Shown in pieces: positions 38,685 to 50,878 of a stretch of 64,000 bases of DNA. The stretch is from contig NZ_JBBNAN010000439.1 of the NCBI RefSeq assembly GCF_037994405.1, forward strand, positions 43 to 64,042, in the 5' to 3' direction. How positions within the stretch are numbered: the stretch's first letter is position 1; every line of letters begins with the position of its first letter. Both the position numbers and the translations under genes were made by a program. Origin of the DNA: Phyllobacterium sp. (GTDB lineage: Bacteria; Pseudomonadota; Alphaproteobacteria; Rhizobiales; Rhizobiaceae). The notes beneath the pieces are model-generated. The model saw only the letters and a program-made list of their open reading frames with translations, ran no database searches and was not told the DNA's origin.

Positions 38685-39725
38685 ATGAGTGATGCAAGCC
38701 GCCTGATTACACCTGACAAGCGTGGAGAGGACCTCGATACTACGCTGCGACCGCAAACCCTTGCCGATTTTGTTGGTCAGGCGGCGGCACGTGCCAATCT
38801 GAAAGTCTTTATCGAAGCAGCCAAGTCGCGGGGCGAGGCACTCGATCATGTGCTGTTTGTTGGGCCGCCGGGTCTTGGCAAGACGACCTTGGCTCAGATC
38901 ATGGCCAAGGAACTCGGCGTCAATTTCCGATCGACCTCCGGACCTGTGATCGCCAAGGCGGGGGATCTCGCGGCGCTTCTGACCAATCTCGAAGAGAACG
39001 ATGTGCTTTTCATCGACGAGATTCACCGGCTCAACCCGGCGGTTGAAGAAATTCTCTATCCGGCGATGGAGGATTATCAACTCGACCTGATCATCGGCGA
39101 GGGCCCAGCGGCACGCTCGGTGAAGATCGATCTCGCCAAGTTTACGCTCGTTGCCGCCACCACACGGCTCGGGCTGCTGACCACACCGCTGCGTGACCGC
39201 TTTGGCATTCCCATTCGACTCAATTTCTATACGGTCGAAGAGCTCGAACACATTGTTAGGCGTGGTGCGCGGATCATGGGCATTGGCATGACCGATGACG
39301 GAGCACTGGAAGTTGCCCGCCGTGCACGCGGCACTCCGCGCATTGCCGGGCGGCTTCTGCGCCGGGTACGGGATTTTGCCATCGTCGACGGCAAGGACAA
39401 GATCGATCGCGAGACCGCTGATGCTGCGCTGTTGCGGCTTGAGGTGGATTCGCTGGGCCTCGACCAACTCGACCGGCGTTATCTTGCAATGATTGCGCAT
39501 AATTTTGGTGGAGGCCCGGTCGGCATCGAGACAATCGCGGCAGGCCTTTCGGAGCCGCGCGATGCCATCGAAGATATTATCGAACCCTATCTGATCCAGC
39601 AAGGTTTCATCCAGCGCACGCCGCGCGGACGCGTCCTGACGGCCAATGCATGGAAACATCTCGGCTTAACGGCCCCAGCTGAGATTATCCAGCAGCAGAT
39701 CAACCTGTTTCAGGAAGACGATTGA
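38685..39725 (+). CDS. ruvB: Holliday junction branch migration ATPase
   Basis: [35 protein letters not shown]. Confidence 0.98.
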   Translation: MSDASRLITPDKRGEDLDTTLRPQTLADFVGQAAARANLKVFIEAAKSRGEALDHVLFVGPPGLGKTTLAQIMAKELGVNFRSTSGPVIAKAGDLAALLTNLEENDVLFIDEIHRLNPAVEEILYPAMEDYQLDLIIGEGPAARSVKIDLAKFTLVAATTRLGLLTTPLRDRFGIPIRLNFYTVEELEHIVRRGARIMGIGMTDDGALEVARRARGTPRIAGRLLRRVRDFAIVDGKDKIDRETADAALLRLEVDSLGLDQLDRRYLAMIAHNFGGGPVGIETIAAGLSEPRDAIEDIIEPYLIQQGFIQRTPRGRVLTANAWKHLGLTAPAEIIQQQINLFQEDD

Positions 39726-39728
39726 AGT

Positions 39729-40954
39729 TTACTGGGGTTTCAACCCCAGACCCCTGAGAAGAACCGGGTCAAGGACGCGCTTTTTGTCATCAAGGGTGAT
39801 ACCGAAGGCGCCGCCCCACGACCACACTGACCAGCGAAAGCCGGTAGTCATGTCGCTCAGATAGGCAGCGCGCCAGGCTGATGGCTTGCGGAATTCCTTC
39901 CGATATTCCTGACGGATCATTCCGAATTCGCCGAGCAATATACGCTCTGGCGCGATACCATATTTCTTGCCCCAGGCTTCCGCCTTGTCGAAGGGTTCAT
40001 TCAGTGCTTCGCGAACCTTGCCGTAGGTCGTGACGCCAAGAGCCATCTCGTTGAGGCCGGTCAATAATTCCTCGCGCCGCTCTTCTGGGGCCTTGCTCTC
40101 GATTGTCTGGCGTATGGTTGCAAGGCAATCATCGAATGCCTTCCTCCCCAGAAGATCCGGTGGATAGGGCAGGCCCTCCACATAACTCATGGCGTCGCCC
40201 GTCCAGTCTGCGCGCCGATGGGTCAGGAAGTAGGGCTCGTAGGAGTGGAAGGTCCAGATGACATTGTCATCCACGATAGCGTCCGGATCGATCTTCTCCA
40301 GCCCATAGGCGCTCGACCAGCAGCCGCCCGACAGGATCAAAGTGTGATTTGGGACAGCCTTGCGTGCCCTCGCATGCAATTTCTCCAGCATGGAAGGCCA
40401 TTTCGAAAAAAGGGTCGGGTCGCAATCGACCGTTGGTTCATTAAACGGCTCAAAAGCTGTGGTGGCGGGGTCAGTGCCGGACAAGGCCCTGCCCAAGCGT
40501 GCCACTGTCTGCAGGTATCTCGTGAAGAGTATTTCGTCAGCCAGAATCTGATTGGTGCCGACTTTACGCGTATCGCTCGGGATCGAATGAAAGTCGATGA
40601 TCACTTTGAGCCCGGCCTTGTGTAGCGTATCGACGGCCTTTAGCGTCTCGGCGATCAGTGTAGTGACACGGCTATCGGGCGCGTCCTCGAGAAAGATCGC
40701 CGGATCGATCGGCATGCGGACGAAGTCGAAACCGGCACTTCTTATTTCCAGCAGATTGTCTGCGCTGGCGCCCCGCCGCCATTCGGCGAAATTGGCGAGG
40801 ACCACTTCGTCGTCCATTTTTCCGGCCCAGGCCACGTGGTCCATAGATCGAGATTTAGGCCATGTTCCATCGTAAAGGCCGTGGCCGAAGCAGGCGATGC
40901 ACCGGCAACCATACAGCTGAGGCAAACAAGGACGCGGAGCAATGGCAGAATCAA
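39729..40954 (-). pseudogene. Secreted glycoside hydrolase family 5 (cellulase-like), frameshifted near 40814
   Basis: Signal peptide plus GLNLDLW in one frame; FDFVRMP, NEP, FHSY and GEFG in another. The 1226-nt span is one short of 409 codons. Start is inferred (TTG 40954). Confidence 0.78.
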
Positions 40955-41021
40955 TTCTTTGGCGTCCTTGCTGTCTTGGGTCTGGACAAAATGCCCGCCA
41001 GGCCTGCAAAAGAGAAGAACC

Positions 41022-41504
41022 ATGATCGAAAACAATTCTCAATCATCAATTGCGGCTGGACTTGCTGGCGAATTGACCAACGCCGGACACCGACTGCTGG
41101 CCCGGGTCTATTATGCCGATACCGATTTTTCCGGCATTGTCTATCACGCACGTTATCTGGAATTTCTGGAGCGGGGGCGCACGGACTATTTGCGGTTGCT
41201 CGGCGTGCATCATTCGGAACTTGCTGACGGCAAGCTCGGCGAAAGCACCGTCTGGGTCGTGCGGCGTATGGAGATCGATTTCAAATCCGCGGCACGTATC
41301 GACGACATATTGACGGTTGAAACAAGAACCGCGGAAATATCCGGGGCACGGGTGAAAATGGCTCAGGCCATCAAACGCGGGGACGAGCTCTTGATCTCGG
41401 CTGTCGTCGAGGCGGCCATGATCAATAGCGCGGGTCGCCCGCGAAGATTTCCCGCCGAATGGATCAAGCTCTTCAGGCCGGGATCGCAGGATCAGACAAT
41501 TTAA
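41022..41504 (+). CDS. ybgC: Tol-Pal associated acyl-CoA thioesterase
   Basis: RVYYADTDFSGIVYHARYLEFLERGR. Confidence 0.93.
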   Translation: MIENNSQSSIAAGLAGELTNAGHRLLARVYYADTDFSGIVYHARYLEFLERGRTDYLRLLGVHHSELADGKLGESTVWVVRRMEIDFKSAARIDDILTVETRTAEISGARVKMAQAIKRGDELLISAVVEAAMINSAGRPRRFPAEWIKLFRPGSQDQTI

Positions 41505-41732
41505 AGTGCCTCTTGTGCCTGAATCATAACTGATCCTTAACCATAACAAATCATGAATATGGCATTCAAACGAGGTGTTTCGCGTTAACGCCTTCGTTTT
41601 ACCAAAATTAACCGTGAGAAGCCGCTGTGTGGTTACTGGAAAAAATCCGGTTTCAAAACGTGGCTCATCTGGAATGAGAGACGATTGCGCCCCGGTCAAC
41701 ATGCCGGGTTTTCGGATTCGAGGATAGTTGAT

Positions 41733-42440
41733 ATGGAAAATTTAGCGGTTGCTGTTCAGACGTCGGACATTTCCTTGTGGGGACTATTCTGGCAGGCCGG
41801 ATTTGTTGTCAAGCTGGTCATGGTGGGCCTGCTCGGCGCATCGATCTGGACCTGGGCAATCATCATAGACAAAGTCCTCGGCTTTGGCCGCGCAAAACGC
41901 GCCTTCGATCGTTTCGAGCAGGTATTCTGGTCGGGACAATCGCTTGAAGAGCTTTACCGAAATCTCGGCGAAAAGCGTACCACCGGCATGGGGTCTATCT
42001 TCATTGCTGCGATGCGTGAATGGAAGAAGTCCTTCGAAAAGGGCGCCCGTTCGCCGATCGCATTGCAGATGCGTATCGACAAGGCAATGGATGTGGCGCT
42101 TGCGCGCGAGAGCGACTATCTCGCTGCCCGGCTGACCTTCCTCGCAACCATTGGTTCAGCAGGCCCCTTCATCGGTCTGTTCGGGACGGTCATTGGCATC
42201 ATGACCTCGTTCATGGGCATTGCCGGTTCGAAGTCCACCAGCCTTGCTGTCGTGGCGCCGGGTATTGCCGAAGCTCTGCTCGCAACGGCTATCGGCCTTG
42301 TCGCCGCTATCCCGGCGGTTATCGCCTACAACAAACTTTCAAGCGATGCGGGCAAACTGACCGCACGCATGGAAGGCTTTGCCGATGAGTTCTCCGCCAT
42401 ACTCTCGCGGCAAATCGATGAGAAGCTGCAGCGCACTTGA
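41733..42440 (+). CDS. tolQ: TolQ
   Basis: [35 protein letters not shown]. Confidence 0.96.
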   Translation: MENLAVAVQTSDISLWGLFWQAGFVVKLVMVGLLGASIWTWAIIIDKVLGFGRAKRAFDRFEQVFWSGQSLEELYRNLGEKRTTGMGSIFIAAMREWKKSFEKGARSPIALQMRIDKAMDVALARESDYLAARLTFLATIGSAGPFIGLFGTVIGIMTSFMGIAGSKSTSLAVVAPGIAEALLATAIGLVAAIPAVIAYNKLSSDAGKLTARMEGFADEFSAILSRQIDEKLQRT

Positions 42441-42485
42441 GTTACTGCCTGAGCAACCGACAATTGAATAGCGGGATTTGATGCC

Positions 42486-42935
42486 ATGGGCATGTCAGTA
42501 GGAAATAACGGTTCTTCAGGCGGACGCCGCCGGCGTGGACGTTCCAGCAAAGGTGTAATGAGTGAGATCAACGTAACGCCACTCGTCGACGTCATGCTGG
42601 TGTTGCTCATTATCTTCATGGTCACCGCGCCGATGATGACCGTGGGTGTTCCGATCGACATGCCGGAGACGCAGGCAAAGGCTCTCAACAGCGAGACCAA
42701 TCCGATCTACGTCACGATCAATCAGCAGGGACAGATCTATCTGCAGGAAACCGAAATCCCGGTTGAGGAAATCGTGCCCAAACTCCAGGCTATCGCCAAG
42801 ACCGGCTACGATGAACGTATTTTCGTCAAGGGCGATAAGGCCGCTGACTACGGAACGATCATGAAAGTCATGGCCCGGATTTCCGGCTCTGGCTTCAAGA
42901 ATATCGGTCTCGTCAGCTTGCCAGAGGTTAACTAA
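42486..42935 (+). CDS. tolR: TolR
   Basis: [24 protein letters not shown]. Confidence 0.96.
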   Translation: MGMSVGNNGSSGGRRRRGRSSKGVMSEINVTPLVDVMLVLLIIFMVTAPMMTVGVPIDMPETQAKALNSETNPIYVTINQQGQIYLQETEIPVEEIVPKLQAIAKTGYDERIFVKGDKAADYGTIMKVMARISGSGFKNIGLVSLPEVN

Positions 42936-42941
42936 TCGATC

Positions 42942-44051
42942 ATGCGGGCCAGTGTCACAACCTCCGCCATTATCCATGCCGCTATAATCGGCTGGGGGCT
43001 GTTGTCGTTTTCCGCGCCCACGCCGATGGATATGGCAAATTCGGAATCGATGCCGATCGATATTGTATCGGATACCAGTCAGTTGCAGAAGGGTGACAAG
43101 AAGGCACCGAAGGCTGAAAAGCCTGCGCCTAAGCCGACGGAAAAACCGCAGACAGTGCCGGACGCACAGAATATCGGCGATAGCGAAACGGACTCCGACA
43201 CGAAACCGACGCCGGAGACCAAGCCAAAGCCTGTGGAAGCGGCACAGGCGCCGAAGCCGTCGGAAATGCCTGTGCCCAAGCCGGAGCCGCAGCCTGAGCC
43301 GAAGCCTGAAGTCAAACCAGAGCCTAAGCCAACTCCCGTTCCCGCAACTGAAGTTAAGCCTGAACCCACTCCCAAGCAGGAAGTGGCTCCTGATCCAATT
43401 ACCGCGGCCATCAACGACGCGAAAGCACAACCAACACCTGAAGCACCAGTGACGCCCGAGCCGACTGCCCCAGCGGAGAAGCCGGCGGAGGAAGCATTCA
43501 AACTACCTGATGTCGTAGCCAAGCCGGAAGCCAAGCCTACGCCGCCTGCTCAGACGGCCAAGACGCCTGAACGCAAGGAAATGCAAGAAAAACCCAAGCC
43601 CAAGCAGACGGCATCTACCCCGTCGAAGGAAAAAGATGCAATCGCCGACGAAGTTGCTGCCTTGCTCAACAAGCAGAAAGCATCGGGGGGTGGAGCGCAA
43701 CGGTCATCAGATCAGGCTTCGCTTGGCGCAACCAAGGCGACGGGGGGATCGACGCTTAGCCAGAGTGAGATGGATGCCTTGAAGGGCGCGATTCAGAAGT
43801 GCTGGAATGTTCCTGCCGGGGCAGAGGATGCTGAAGGCTTGAAGGTGACGGTCAAAATGAAATTGACGCAAGCGGGTGAAGTTGAAGGTACGCCCGAAGT
43901 AACAGGCTCAGGTAATTCTCCTGTTCAGCGTGCAGCAATTGAAAGCGCCCGCCGTGCCGTGATGCGCTGCGCACCCTATACCCTGCCACAAGACAAGTAT
44001 GACACCTGGTCTAATGTAACCGTGAATTTTGATCCACGCGATATGTTCTGA
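42942..44051 (+). CDS. tolA: TolA
   Basis: N-terminal TM with SH motif, Pro/Lys/Glu-rich linker, C-terminal domain (IQKCW, SARRAVMRCAPY); operon position. Confidence 0.9.
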   Translation: MRASVTTSAIIHAAIIGWGLLSFSAPTPMDMANSESMPIDIVSDTSQLQKGDKKAPKAEKPAPKPTEKPQTVPDAQNIGDSETDSDTKPTPETKPKPVEAAQAPKPSEMPVPKPEPQPEPKPEVKPEPKPTPVPATEVKPEPTPKQEVAPDPITAAINDAKAQPTPEAPVTPEPTAPAEKPAEEAFKLPDVVAKPEAKPTPPAQTAKTPERKEMQEKPKPKQTASTPSKEKDAIADEVAALLNKQKASGGGAQRSSDQASLGATKATGGSTLSQSEMDALKGAIQKCWNVPAGAEDAEGLKVTVKMKLTQAGEVEGTPEVTGSGNSPVQRAAIESARRAVMRCAPYTLPQDKYDTWSNVTVNFDPRDMF

Positions 44052-44087
44052 CACTAATTTGGCCAGCCAGATGAGGGCCCCTTTGCC

Positions 44088-45404
44088 ATGATGAAAATGT
44101 TCCGGATTATCCTTTCAATCTTTGCTGCGACCATCGCTACAGCGATGGTGGCGACTTTGCCAGCGCGTGCAGAAGTTGTAATCGATATTACGAAAGGTAC
44201 TGTCGAACCATTGCCCATCGCTATCACCGATTTCCTTTCTGGTGATCAGCTCGGCGCCAATATTTCCGGTGTCATCGCCGCCGATCTGGAACGGTCGGGC
44301 CTGTTCGCACCGATCGACAAGGGCGCTTTCATCGAGAAGATCTCCAATCCGGACGCAGCTCCGCGTTTCGAGGACTGGAAAGTCCTCAACGCTCAGGCAT
44401 TGGTCACGGGTCGTGTCACAAAGCAGGGGGATGGCAGGCTGAAGGCTGAGTTCCGCCTCTGGGACACATTTGCCGGTCAGCAGCTTGAGGGCCAGCAATT
44501 CTTTACCTCGCCCGACAGCTGGCGCCGCGTGGCACACATCATTGCCGATGCCATCTATGAGCGTCTGACTGGTGAAAAAGGCTATTTCGACACGCGTGTC
44601 GTCTATGTCGATGAATCCGGCACAAAGGAAAAGCGCGTCAAGCGCCTCGCCATCATGGATCAGGACGGTGCCAACACGCGCTACCTGACCAATGGCAAGG
44701 ATCTGGTGCTGACACCGCGCTTCTCGCCAAGCCGTCAGGAAATCACCTATATGTCCTTTGAAGGTGGCAAGCCGCAGATCTATCTCTTGCAGCTTGAGAC
44801 TGGCCAGCGCGAACTTGTCGGCAATTTCCCAGGTATGACCATTGCGCCGCGCTTCTCACCGGACGGCCAGAAGGTCATCATGAGTCTCCTGCAGGAGGAT
44901 GGCAGCGCCAATATCTATACGATGGACCTGCGCAGCCGCACAACCACACGTCTGACAAGCACATCCGCCATTGATACCGGCGCCTCCTATTCGCCGGATG
45001 GCACCCAGGTTGTGTTCGAATCGGACCGCGGCGGACGCCCGCAAATCTACAAAATGGGCGCTGATGGGTCGAATCCGCAGCGTATCTCCTTCGGTGACGG
45101 CTCCTATTCAACGCCCGTGTGGTCACCCCGCGGCGATCTGATCGCGTTCACCAAGCAGTCCGGCGGACAATTCTCGATCGGCGTGATGAAGACCGATGGA
45201 TCAGGCGAGCGCATCCTTTCGAGTGGCTACCATGACGAGGGTCCGACCTGGGCTCCGAATGGCCGTGTGCTGATGTTCTTCCGCCAGCCGCCCGGCTCGA
45301 ACAGCCCACATCTCGTCACGATCGATCTGACGGGGCGCAATCTTCGCCAGATACAGACCCCAAATCTGGCTTCGGATCCGGCTTGGTCGCCATTGCTCGA
45401 ATGA
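44088..45404 (+). CDS. tolB: TolB
   Basis: Signal peptide, PD40 beta-propeller repeats (P.FSPDG), [13 protein letters not shown]. Confidence 0.97.
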   Translation: MMKMFRIILSIFAATIATAMVATLPARAEVVIDITKGTVEPLPIAITDFLSGDQLGANISGVIAADLERSGLFAPIDKGAFIEKISNPDAAPRFEDWKVLNAQALVTGRVTKQGDGRLKAEFRLWDTFAGQQLEGQQFFTSPDSWRRVAHIIADAIYERLTGEKGYFDTRVVYVDESGTKEKRVKRLAIMDQDGANTRYLTNGKDLVLTPRFSPSRQEITYMSFEGGKPQIYLLQLETGQRELVGNFPGMTIAPRFSPDGQKVIMSLLQEDGSANIYTMDLRSRTTTRLTSTSAIDTGASYSPDGTQVVFESDRGGRPQIYKMGADGSNPQRISFGDGSYSTPVWSPRGDLIAFTKQSGGQFSIGVMKTDGSGERILSSGYHDEGPTWAPNGRVLMFFRQPPGSNSPHLVTIDLTGRNLRQIQTPNLASDPAWSPLLE

Positions 45405-45540
45405 TCCAGTTTGAACAATAACAATGATCGCACTCATTGGCGGCGGTGTTGCCCGACATCGCCGCGAACGTCGTTTTTCCGCCGCATTGTTTGCATTAAG
45501 GATGCGGGAATAGTCATTCGCTTCGCCGTTAATCCTGGTG

Positions 45541-45556
45541 TTAAGAGTGGATTAAC
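45541..45556. promoter_or_regulatory. CtrA box upstream of pal
   Basis: TTAAGAGTGGATTAAC is TTAA-N7-TTAAC; extra TTAA half-sites flank it. Confidence 0.72.
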
Positions 45557-45637
45557 CCTGTTTCTTGAACTGGCCTTAACCTCAATATGGTTACTGCTTG
45601 TTCACCGAAACAATTCAATTCTTAAGGAGTCCAGGCT

Positions 45638-46141
45638 ATGCGCCGCTTCGAAATGATCGCCCGCAGTCCAGTTGTCGTTGCACTTTTCATGTCTCTCGCC
45701 ATTGCGGGGTGCGCTTCGAAGAAGAACATGCCCAACAGCGCAGGAGACCTTGGTCTGGCTGGCAGCGCAAAGCCCGGCTCCACGCAGGATTTCACGGTCA
45801 ATGTTGGCGACCGTATCTTCTTCGACGTCGACTCCTCCGTCATTCGCGCTGATGCGCAGCAGACATTGACCAAGCAGGCGCAGTGGCTGAAGCGTTATCC
45901 GAACTATGCGATCACCGTCGAAGGCCACGCCGACGAACGCGGCACGCGTGAATACAATCTGGCTCTTGGTCAGCGCCGGGCAGCTGCCACCCGCAACTAC
46001 CTCGCCTCGCAGGGTGTACCAGCAGCCCGCATCAAGACCATCTCCTACGGCAACGAGCGTCCGGTCGCTGTGTGCGACAGTGAATCGTGCTGGTCGCAGA
46101 ATCGTCGTGCCATTACTGTGCTGGGTGGCGCGGGCAGCTGA
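45638..46141 (+). CDS. pal: Peptidoglycan-associated lipoprotein
   Basis: Lipobox IAGC, EGHADERGTREYNLALG.RRA, SYGNERP, NRRA. Confidence 0.97.
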   Translation: MRRFEMIARSPVVVALFMSLAIAGCASKKNMPNSAGDLGLAGSAKPGSTQDFTVNVGDRIFFDVDSSVIRADAQQTLTKQAQWLKRYPNYAITVEGHADERGTREYNLALGQRRAAATRNYLASQGVPAARIKTISYGNERPVAVCDSESCWSQNRRAITVLGGAGS

Positions 46142-46161
46142 GCCGGCCAAACTGATCAACG

Positions 46162-46188
46162 AAAAGCGGCTTTCAGGCCGCTTTTTTT
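46162..46188 (+). terminator. Terminator after pal
   Basis: AAAAGCGGC-N6-GCCGCTTTTTTT. Confidence 0.8.
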
Positions 46189-46299
46189 GTTTTGACACAC
46201 GCCAAAACAAAATTTGGCCGAAGTCACATTGCTCGTGTTAGATAGGCTGCCGCAAATCACAGCGGTGTTTCAATTCCCATATCAGGGGCGGTAAAAGGA

Positions 46300-47301
46300 A
46301 TGAACAAACGACTGAAGAGAATGGTTCTGGCAATGACGGTGCTGCCATTTCTGGCGACCGGCGTGAGTCATGCCTCGGGTCTTGATGGCGGCGGTTTTTT
46401 CCCGCCAGCGCCAAAGGCGCATATCGCAACAAGCGATGCGCCTGTGTTGATGGCGCAGGCGGGTGATCCACGTGTCAGTCAGCTGGAAGAGCAGATCAGG
46501 CAGCTCACGGGCAAGATCGAGGAATTGAACTTCCAGATTCTGCAAATGCAGGAGCAGATGCGGAAGGTGCAGGAAGACAATGAATTCCGGTTCCAGGAAC
46601 TGGAAAAGGGCAAACGGTCGGACGCTGGCGGCAAAGGCGATCGAAAGGTCGCTTCGGCACCATCCTCGCGGACAACTGGGGAGGCATCGGGCGATGCCTC
46701 CACCGGTTCAACACCATCAGCACGCGGCATTTCGCCGGGATCCACTGATTCCGCTGCTATTGATCCACAGACCGGTTCTTCTCAGCAGGTCGGCGAACCG
46801 CCGCGCGACCTTGGGCAAATCGAGTTTGATGCCAATGGCAACGTAATTGGTGGTTCGAAGAACGACAATCCGGCTCAGCCAGTTGAGAATACGACCGTAG
46901 CTGCCTTGCCGCAGACCGACGATCCGAAGGTCCTTTATAACCAGGCCTATCAGCTCTTCCTGTCTGGGGACTACAAGAGCGCGGAAGTGGCCTTCCGCAG
47001 CCATGTCGAACGTTTCCCCAAAGATCCCGCCGATCCGGATGCGCGCTATTGGCTCGGTGAATCACTTTACAGCCAGGGACGCTACCAGGATGCAGCCTCC
47101 GTATTCCTGGACAATCACAAGCAATTTCCAGATTCCAAGAAGAGCCCTGAAAACCTCTTGAAGCTTGGGATGACGCTTGCCAAGATGCGGGACCATGATG
47201 TTGCCTGCGCGACTTTCGCCTCGGTCACCTCGCGCTACTCGAATCTTTCTACGGCGATCAAAGAGCGCGTAAAGAATGAACGTGCTGCCAACAAATGTTG
47301 A
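46300..47301 (+). CDS. cpoB: Cell division coordinator CpoB (YbgF)
   Basis: Signal peptide, N-terminal coiled coil, C-terminal TPRs (A.YWLGES, LLKLG). Confidence 0.9.
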   Translation: MNKRLKRMVLAMTVLPFLATGVSHASGLDGGGFFPPAPKAHIATSDAPVLMAQAGDPRVSQLEEQIRQLTGKIEELNFQILQMQEQMRKVQEDNEFRFQELEKGKRSDAGGKGDRKVASAPSSRTTGEASGDASTGSTPSARGISPGSTDSAAIDPQTGSSQQVGEPPRDLGQIEFDANGNVIGGSKNDNPAQPVENTTVAALPQTDDPKVLYNQAYQLFLSGDYKSAEVAFRSHVERFPKDPADPDARYWLGESLYSQGRYQDAASVFLDNHKQFPDSKKSPENLLKLGMTLAKMRDHDVACATFASVTSRYSNLSTAIKERVKNERAANKC

Positions 47302-48646
47302 GACGGCGCTCGATCCAGCCGGCCTTTTTGACGCGATCGATTTGAAAGGCCTGAAATCCGTCATCGTTGCCGTGTCCGGCGGCAGCGACTCGCTGGCGCT
47401 GTTATATCTTCTCATTGCATATCATGCGTCACGCCCATCGCCGCCTGAGATAATTGCTGTGACGATTGATCATGGTCTTCGCCCTGAATCGGCGGGCGAA
47501 GCGCGCTATGTCGCAGCGCTGTGCAAGGAAGCCGGCATTTCACACCGCATTCTGAATTGGAGCGGGCCCAAACCTTATACCGGCATATCGGCCAAGGCGC
47601 GCGATGTACGTTACACCCTCCTGTGCGAGGCCGCCCGCGATGCGGGTACTGACGTCATCCTTACGGGCCACACGCTTGACGACCAGATCGAAACCTATGT
47701 CATGCGGTCGGCGCGCGTCGGCGAGGAGGGGAGTGATCGGGGCCTGGCAGGCATGGCGCCAGCAACCTTGCTTGATCGGGAAATCTGGCTTGTGCGCCCT
47801 TTGCTCGCAACATCGCGGGCAAGTTTGCGTGATTATCTGCGGGCGAAGGCAATCGCCTGGTGTGATGATCCTTCCAATGATGATCCGAAATATGAGCGTG
47901 TCCGCGTTCGCAAGGCATTAAAGGGGGATGATCGCGAGAATGTTAGCAAGGTAATCGACGAGAAAGTCGGGCAGAGGCGGCTCGTGAACGCCAACACCGC
48001 ACAGATGCTCCGACATTGCGTGGCGATTTGCGATGGCGTTCGTGCGGAACTTCGACGAGAAATCTGGGCTGCGCAGGATGCCGACAGTCAATATCTTGGT
48101 ATTGGCGTGCTGCTTGCGACGATCGGCGGATTGTCGTTTCTGCCATCTGCGGAAAATTGCCGCAAGGCCCTGCACCATATCTTTGAACACCAACCATCGG
48201 GACGTATCACCCTCAGCCGCTGCGTCGTGCAGCTCAAAAGGGACAAGGTCCTGATCTACCGTGAAATGCGGTCGCTGCCAGAACTCACGATCGCGCCAAA
48301 TGAAACAGCGATTTGGGATGGCCGTTACCGGATCTGCAATCATTGCAACCGGCCGCTCAACGTCGCCGCAGGTGGCACAGAAGGATTGCGATTTCTGGAG
48401 GAGAGGGGATATCCGAACTTCAACCGTGCGTCGACTTTGTCCAGTCCCGCTCTGCTTTCAGACGGTGTCGTTATTGGCATGCCGGCGGCTATTGATCACG
48501 CGAAGTTGCCTGAGGGGGTTGCCGTGGACAGGTACCTTGCCCTGTTCGATCATATCCTTTCAGGTTATGATGAAATTCTGGCTCAATCCGTTGCAGATAT
48601 CTTCCAAGTTCAGGCCTATCCTGTAAACCAGATTAACAAGAATTGA
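47276..48646 (+). CDS. tilS: tRNA(Ile)-lysidine synthetase
   Basis: AVSGGSDS, TIDHGLR, GHTLDDQ.ET, DDPSN...ERVR.R. Confidence 0.94.
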   Translation: MNVLPTNVETALDPAGLFDAIDLKGLKSVIVAVSGGSDSLALLYLLIAYHASRPSPPEIIAVTIDHGLRPESAGEARYVAALCKEAGISHRILNWSGPKPYTGISAKARDVRYTLLCEAARDAGTDVILTGHTLDDQIETYVMRSARVGEEGSDRGLAGMAPATLLDREIWLVRPLLATSRASLRDYLRAKAIAWCDDPSNDDPKYERVRVRKALKGDDRENVSKVIDEKVGQRRLVNANTAQMLRHCVAICDGVRAELRREIWAAQDADSQYLGIGVLLATIGGLSFLPSAENCRKALHHIFEHQPSGRITLSRCVVQLKRDKVLIYREMRSLPELTIAPNETAIWDGRYRICNHCNRPLNVAAGGTEGLRFLEERGYPNFNRASTLSSPALLSDGVVIGMPAAIDHAKLPEGVAVDRYLALFDHILSGYDEILAQSVADIFQVQAYPVNQINKN

Positions 48647-48665
48647 CCTCTGTTTGAATGCCAGC

Positions 48666-48694
48666 CTTGGCAAGGCCATGCTTCGAACCTATGT
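48666..48694 (+). promoter_or_regulatory. Putative RpoH-type (or sigma70) promoter of ftsH
   Basis: CTTG-N18-CCTATGT resembles the alphaproteobacterial CTTGAA-N16-CCTATAT; the two sigma consensuses overlap in this group. Confidence 0.5.
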
Positions 48695-48741
48695 TACGTA
48701 TAAATTCCGCGTCCTTGCGGTTGTGATTGATGGGACCCGAT

Positions 48742-50676
48742 ATGAATCCTAACTACAGGAACTTCGCACTGTGGGCGATTATCGCCTTGCTTCTGATTGC
48801 GTTGTTCAATCTTTTTCAAAGCCCCACCTCGCGTTCGGCATCGAGTGATGTTCCGTATTCGCAGTTCATCAGTGACGTGAATAGCGGCCGCGTTAAATCA
48901 GTAACGATTGCTGGCAACCGCATCACGGGTACTTATTCCGACAATGGTTCGAACTTCCAGACCTATTCACCTGGCGATGCCGGTCTTGTTGGCCGTCTGG
49001 AAAGCAAGAATGTGCAGATCGCTGCGCGGCCGGAAGCTGATGGCTCGACCTCGCTGGTCGGTATGCTGATTTCATGGTTGCCGATGATCCTCATCCTGGG
49101 TGTTTGGATTTTCTTCATGCGCCAGATGCAGGGCGGCTCACGCGGCGCCATGGGTTTTGGCAAGTCCAAGGCGAAGCTCCTGACCGAAGCGCACGGCCGT
49201 GTGACGTTCCAGGACGTGGCCGGTGTCGACGAAGCCAAGGAAGATCTCGAAGAAATCGTCGAATTCCTGCGCGACGCCCAGAAATTCCAGCGGCTCGGCG
49301 GGCGTATTCCGCGCGGCGTGCTGCTCGTCGGTCCTCCCGGTACCGGTAAGACATTGCTCGCACGCGCGATTGCGGGTGAAGCGAATGTGCCGTTCTTCAC
49401 CATTTCCGGTTCTGACTTCGTTGAGATGTTCGTCGGTGTCGGTGCGTCCCGGGTACGCGACATGTTCGAACAGGCCAAGAAAAATGCGCCCTGCATTATC
49501 TTCATCGACGAAATCGACGCGGTCGGCCGCCATCGCGGTGCTGGCCTCGGCGGCGGCAATGATGAACGCGAGCAGACGCTGAACCAGTTGCTGGTGGAGA
49601 TGGACGGCTTTGAAGCCAATGAGGGCGTTATCCTCATCGCTGCGACGAACCGTCCTGATGTGCTTGATCCTGCGCTGCTCCGCCCAGGCCGTTTCGACCG
49701 TCAGGTCGTTGTGCCAAATCCCGACGTGATAGGCCGTGAAAAGATCCTGAAGGTGCATGCGCGCAACGTACCGCTGGCACCGAATGTCGATCTGAAGGTT
49801 CTTGCACGGGGTACACCCGGGTTCTCCGGTGCTGATCTTATGAACCTCGTCAACGAAGCCGCATTGATGGCTGCGCGCCGCAACAAGCGTCTCGTCACCA
49901 TGCTCGAATTCGAGGATGCGAAGGACAAGATCATGATGGGTGCCGAGCGCCGCTCGACAGCCATGACGCAGGCCGAAAAGGAACTGACCGCTTATCACGA
50001 GGCTGGCCATGCCATCGTAGCCCTGAATGTCGAAGTCGCCGATCCCCTGCACAAGGCAACGATCATTCCGCGCGGCCGTGCCCTCGGCATGGTCATGCAG
50101 CTGCCTGAGGCGGACCGTTACTCGATGAGCTATAAATGGATGATCTCGCGCCTTGCCATCATGATGGGCGGCCGCATTGCCGAAGAACTGAAGTTCGGCA
50201 AGGAGAACATCACATCCGGCGCTTCCTCCGATATCGAACAGGCAACCAAACTTGCTCGTGCCATGGTCACCCGTTGGGGGTTCTCGGACAAGCTTGGCCA
50301 GGTCGCCTATGGCGAGAACCAGGAAGAGGTTTTCCTTGGCCACTCCGTGGCCCGGACGCAGAACGTCTCGGAAGAAACTGCGCAGTTGATCGATGCCGAA
50401 GTACGCAAGCTGATCGACGACGCCTATAACCATGCCCGTGCCATTCTGACAAAGAAGAAGAAGGAATGGATCGCTATTGCGGAAGGTCTGCTTGAATACG
50501 AGACGCTGACCGGTGAGGAAATCAAGGCTCTGATGGCGGGCGGCAAACCTGCCCGCGATCTCGGCGACGATACACCGCCATCACGCGGGTCCGCAGTTCC
50601 AAAGGCGGGTTCGGCGAAGAAGCCGCGTAAGGGGGATGAGCCTGACAAAGGTCTTGAACCACAACCACAGTCCTGA
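48742..50676 (+). CDS. ftsH: ATP-dependent zinc metalloprotease
   Basis: Two TMs, [20 protein letters not shown]. Confidence 0.98.
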   Translation: MNPNYRNFALWAIIALLLIALFNLFQSPTSRSASSDVPYSQFISDVNSGRVKSVTIAGNRITGTYSDNGSNFQTYSPGDAGLVGRLESKNVQIAARPEADGSTSLVGMLISWLPMILILGVWIFFMRQMQGGSRGAMGFGKSKAKLLTEAHGRVTFQDVAGVDEAKEDLEEIVEFLRDAQKFQRLGGRIPRGVLLVGPPGTGKTLLARAIAGEANVPFFTISGSDFVEMFVGVGASRVRDMFEQAKKNAPCIIFIDEIDAVGRHRGAGLGGGNDEREQTLNQLLVEMDGFEANEGVILIAATNRPDVLDPALLRPGRFDRQVVVPNPDVIGREKILKVHARNVPLAPNVDLKVLARGTPGFSGADLMNLVNEAALMAARRNKRLVTMLEFEDAKDKIMMGAERRSTAMTQAEKELTAYHEAGHAIVALNVEVADPLHKATIIPRGRALGMVMQLPEADRYSMSYKWMISRLAIMMGGRIAEELKFGKENITSGASSDIEQATKLARAMVTRWGFSDKLGQVAYGENQEEVFLGHSVARTQNVSEETAQLIDAEVRKLIDDAYNHARAILTKKKKEWIAIAEGLLEYETLTGEEIKALMAGGKPARDLGDDTPPSRGSAVPKAGSAKKPRKGDEPDKGLEPQPQS

Positions 50677-50693
50677 ATGTGGTACGTATCTCC

Positions 50694-50725
50694 TACAAAC
50701 GGCCGGTGAAAACCGGCCGTTTGTA
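50694..50725. terminator. Hairpin or terminator after ftsH
   Basis: TACAAACGGCCGGT-GAAA-ACCGGCCGTTTGTA. Confidence 0.75.
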
Positions 50726-50878
50726 CGAATTGTTCACGCATTGGAAGTAAGTATAATCGCTACACAATTTGTGAGATGCGGAACTGGGAAGCTTTTGCAA
50801 TAAGCGAGGGCCAAACTCCGGGCACAACGAGGCCGCGATCGGGTTCGACCCAGACGGCCCAAAATTTGGATAGACCAT

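Noticed and set aside
43200-43560. Repetitive DNA in tolA (and similarly in 59460-60300)
   Set aside because: Ordinary Pro/Lys/Glu-rich linker coding, not a repeat array.
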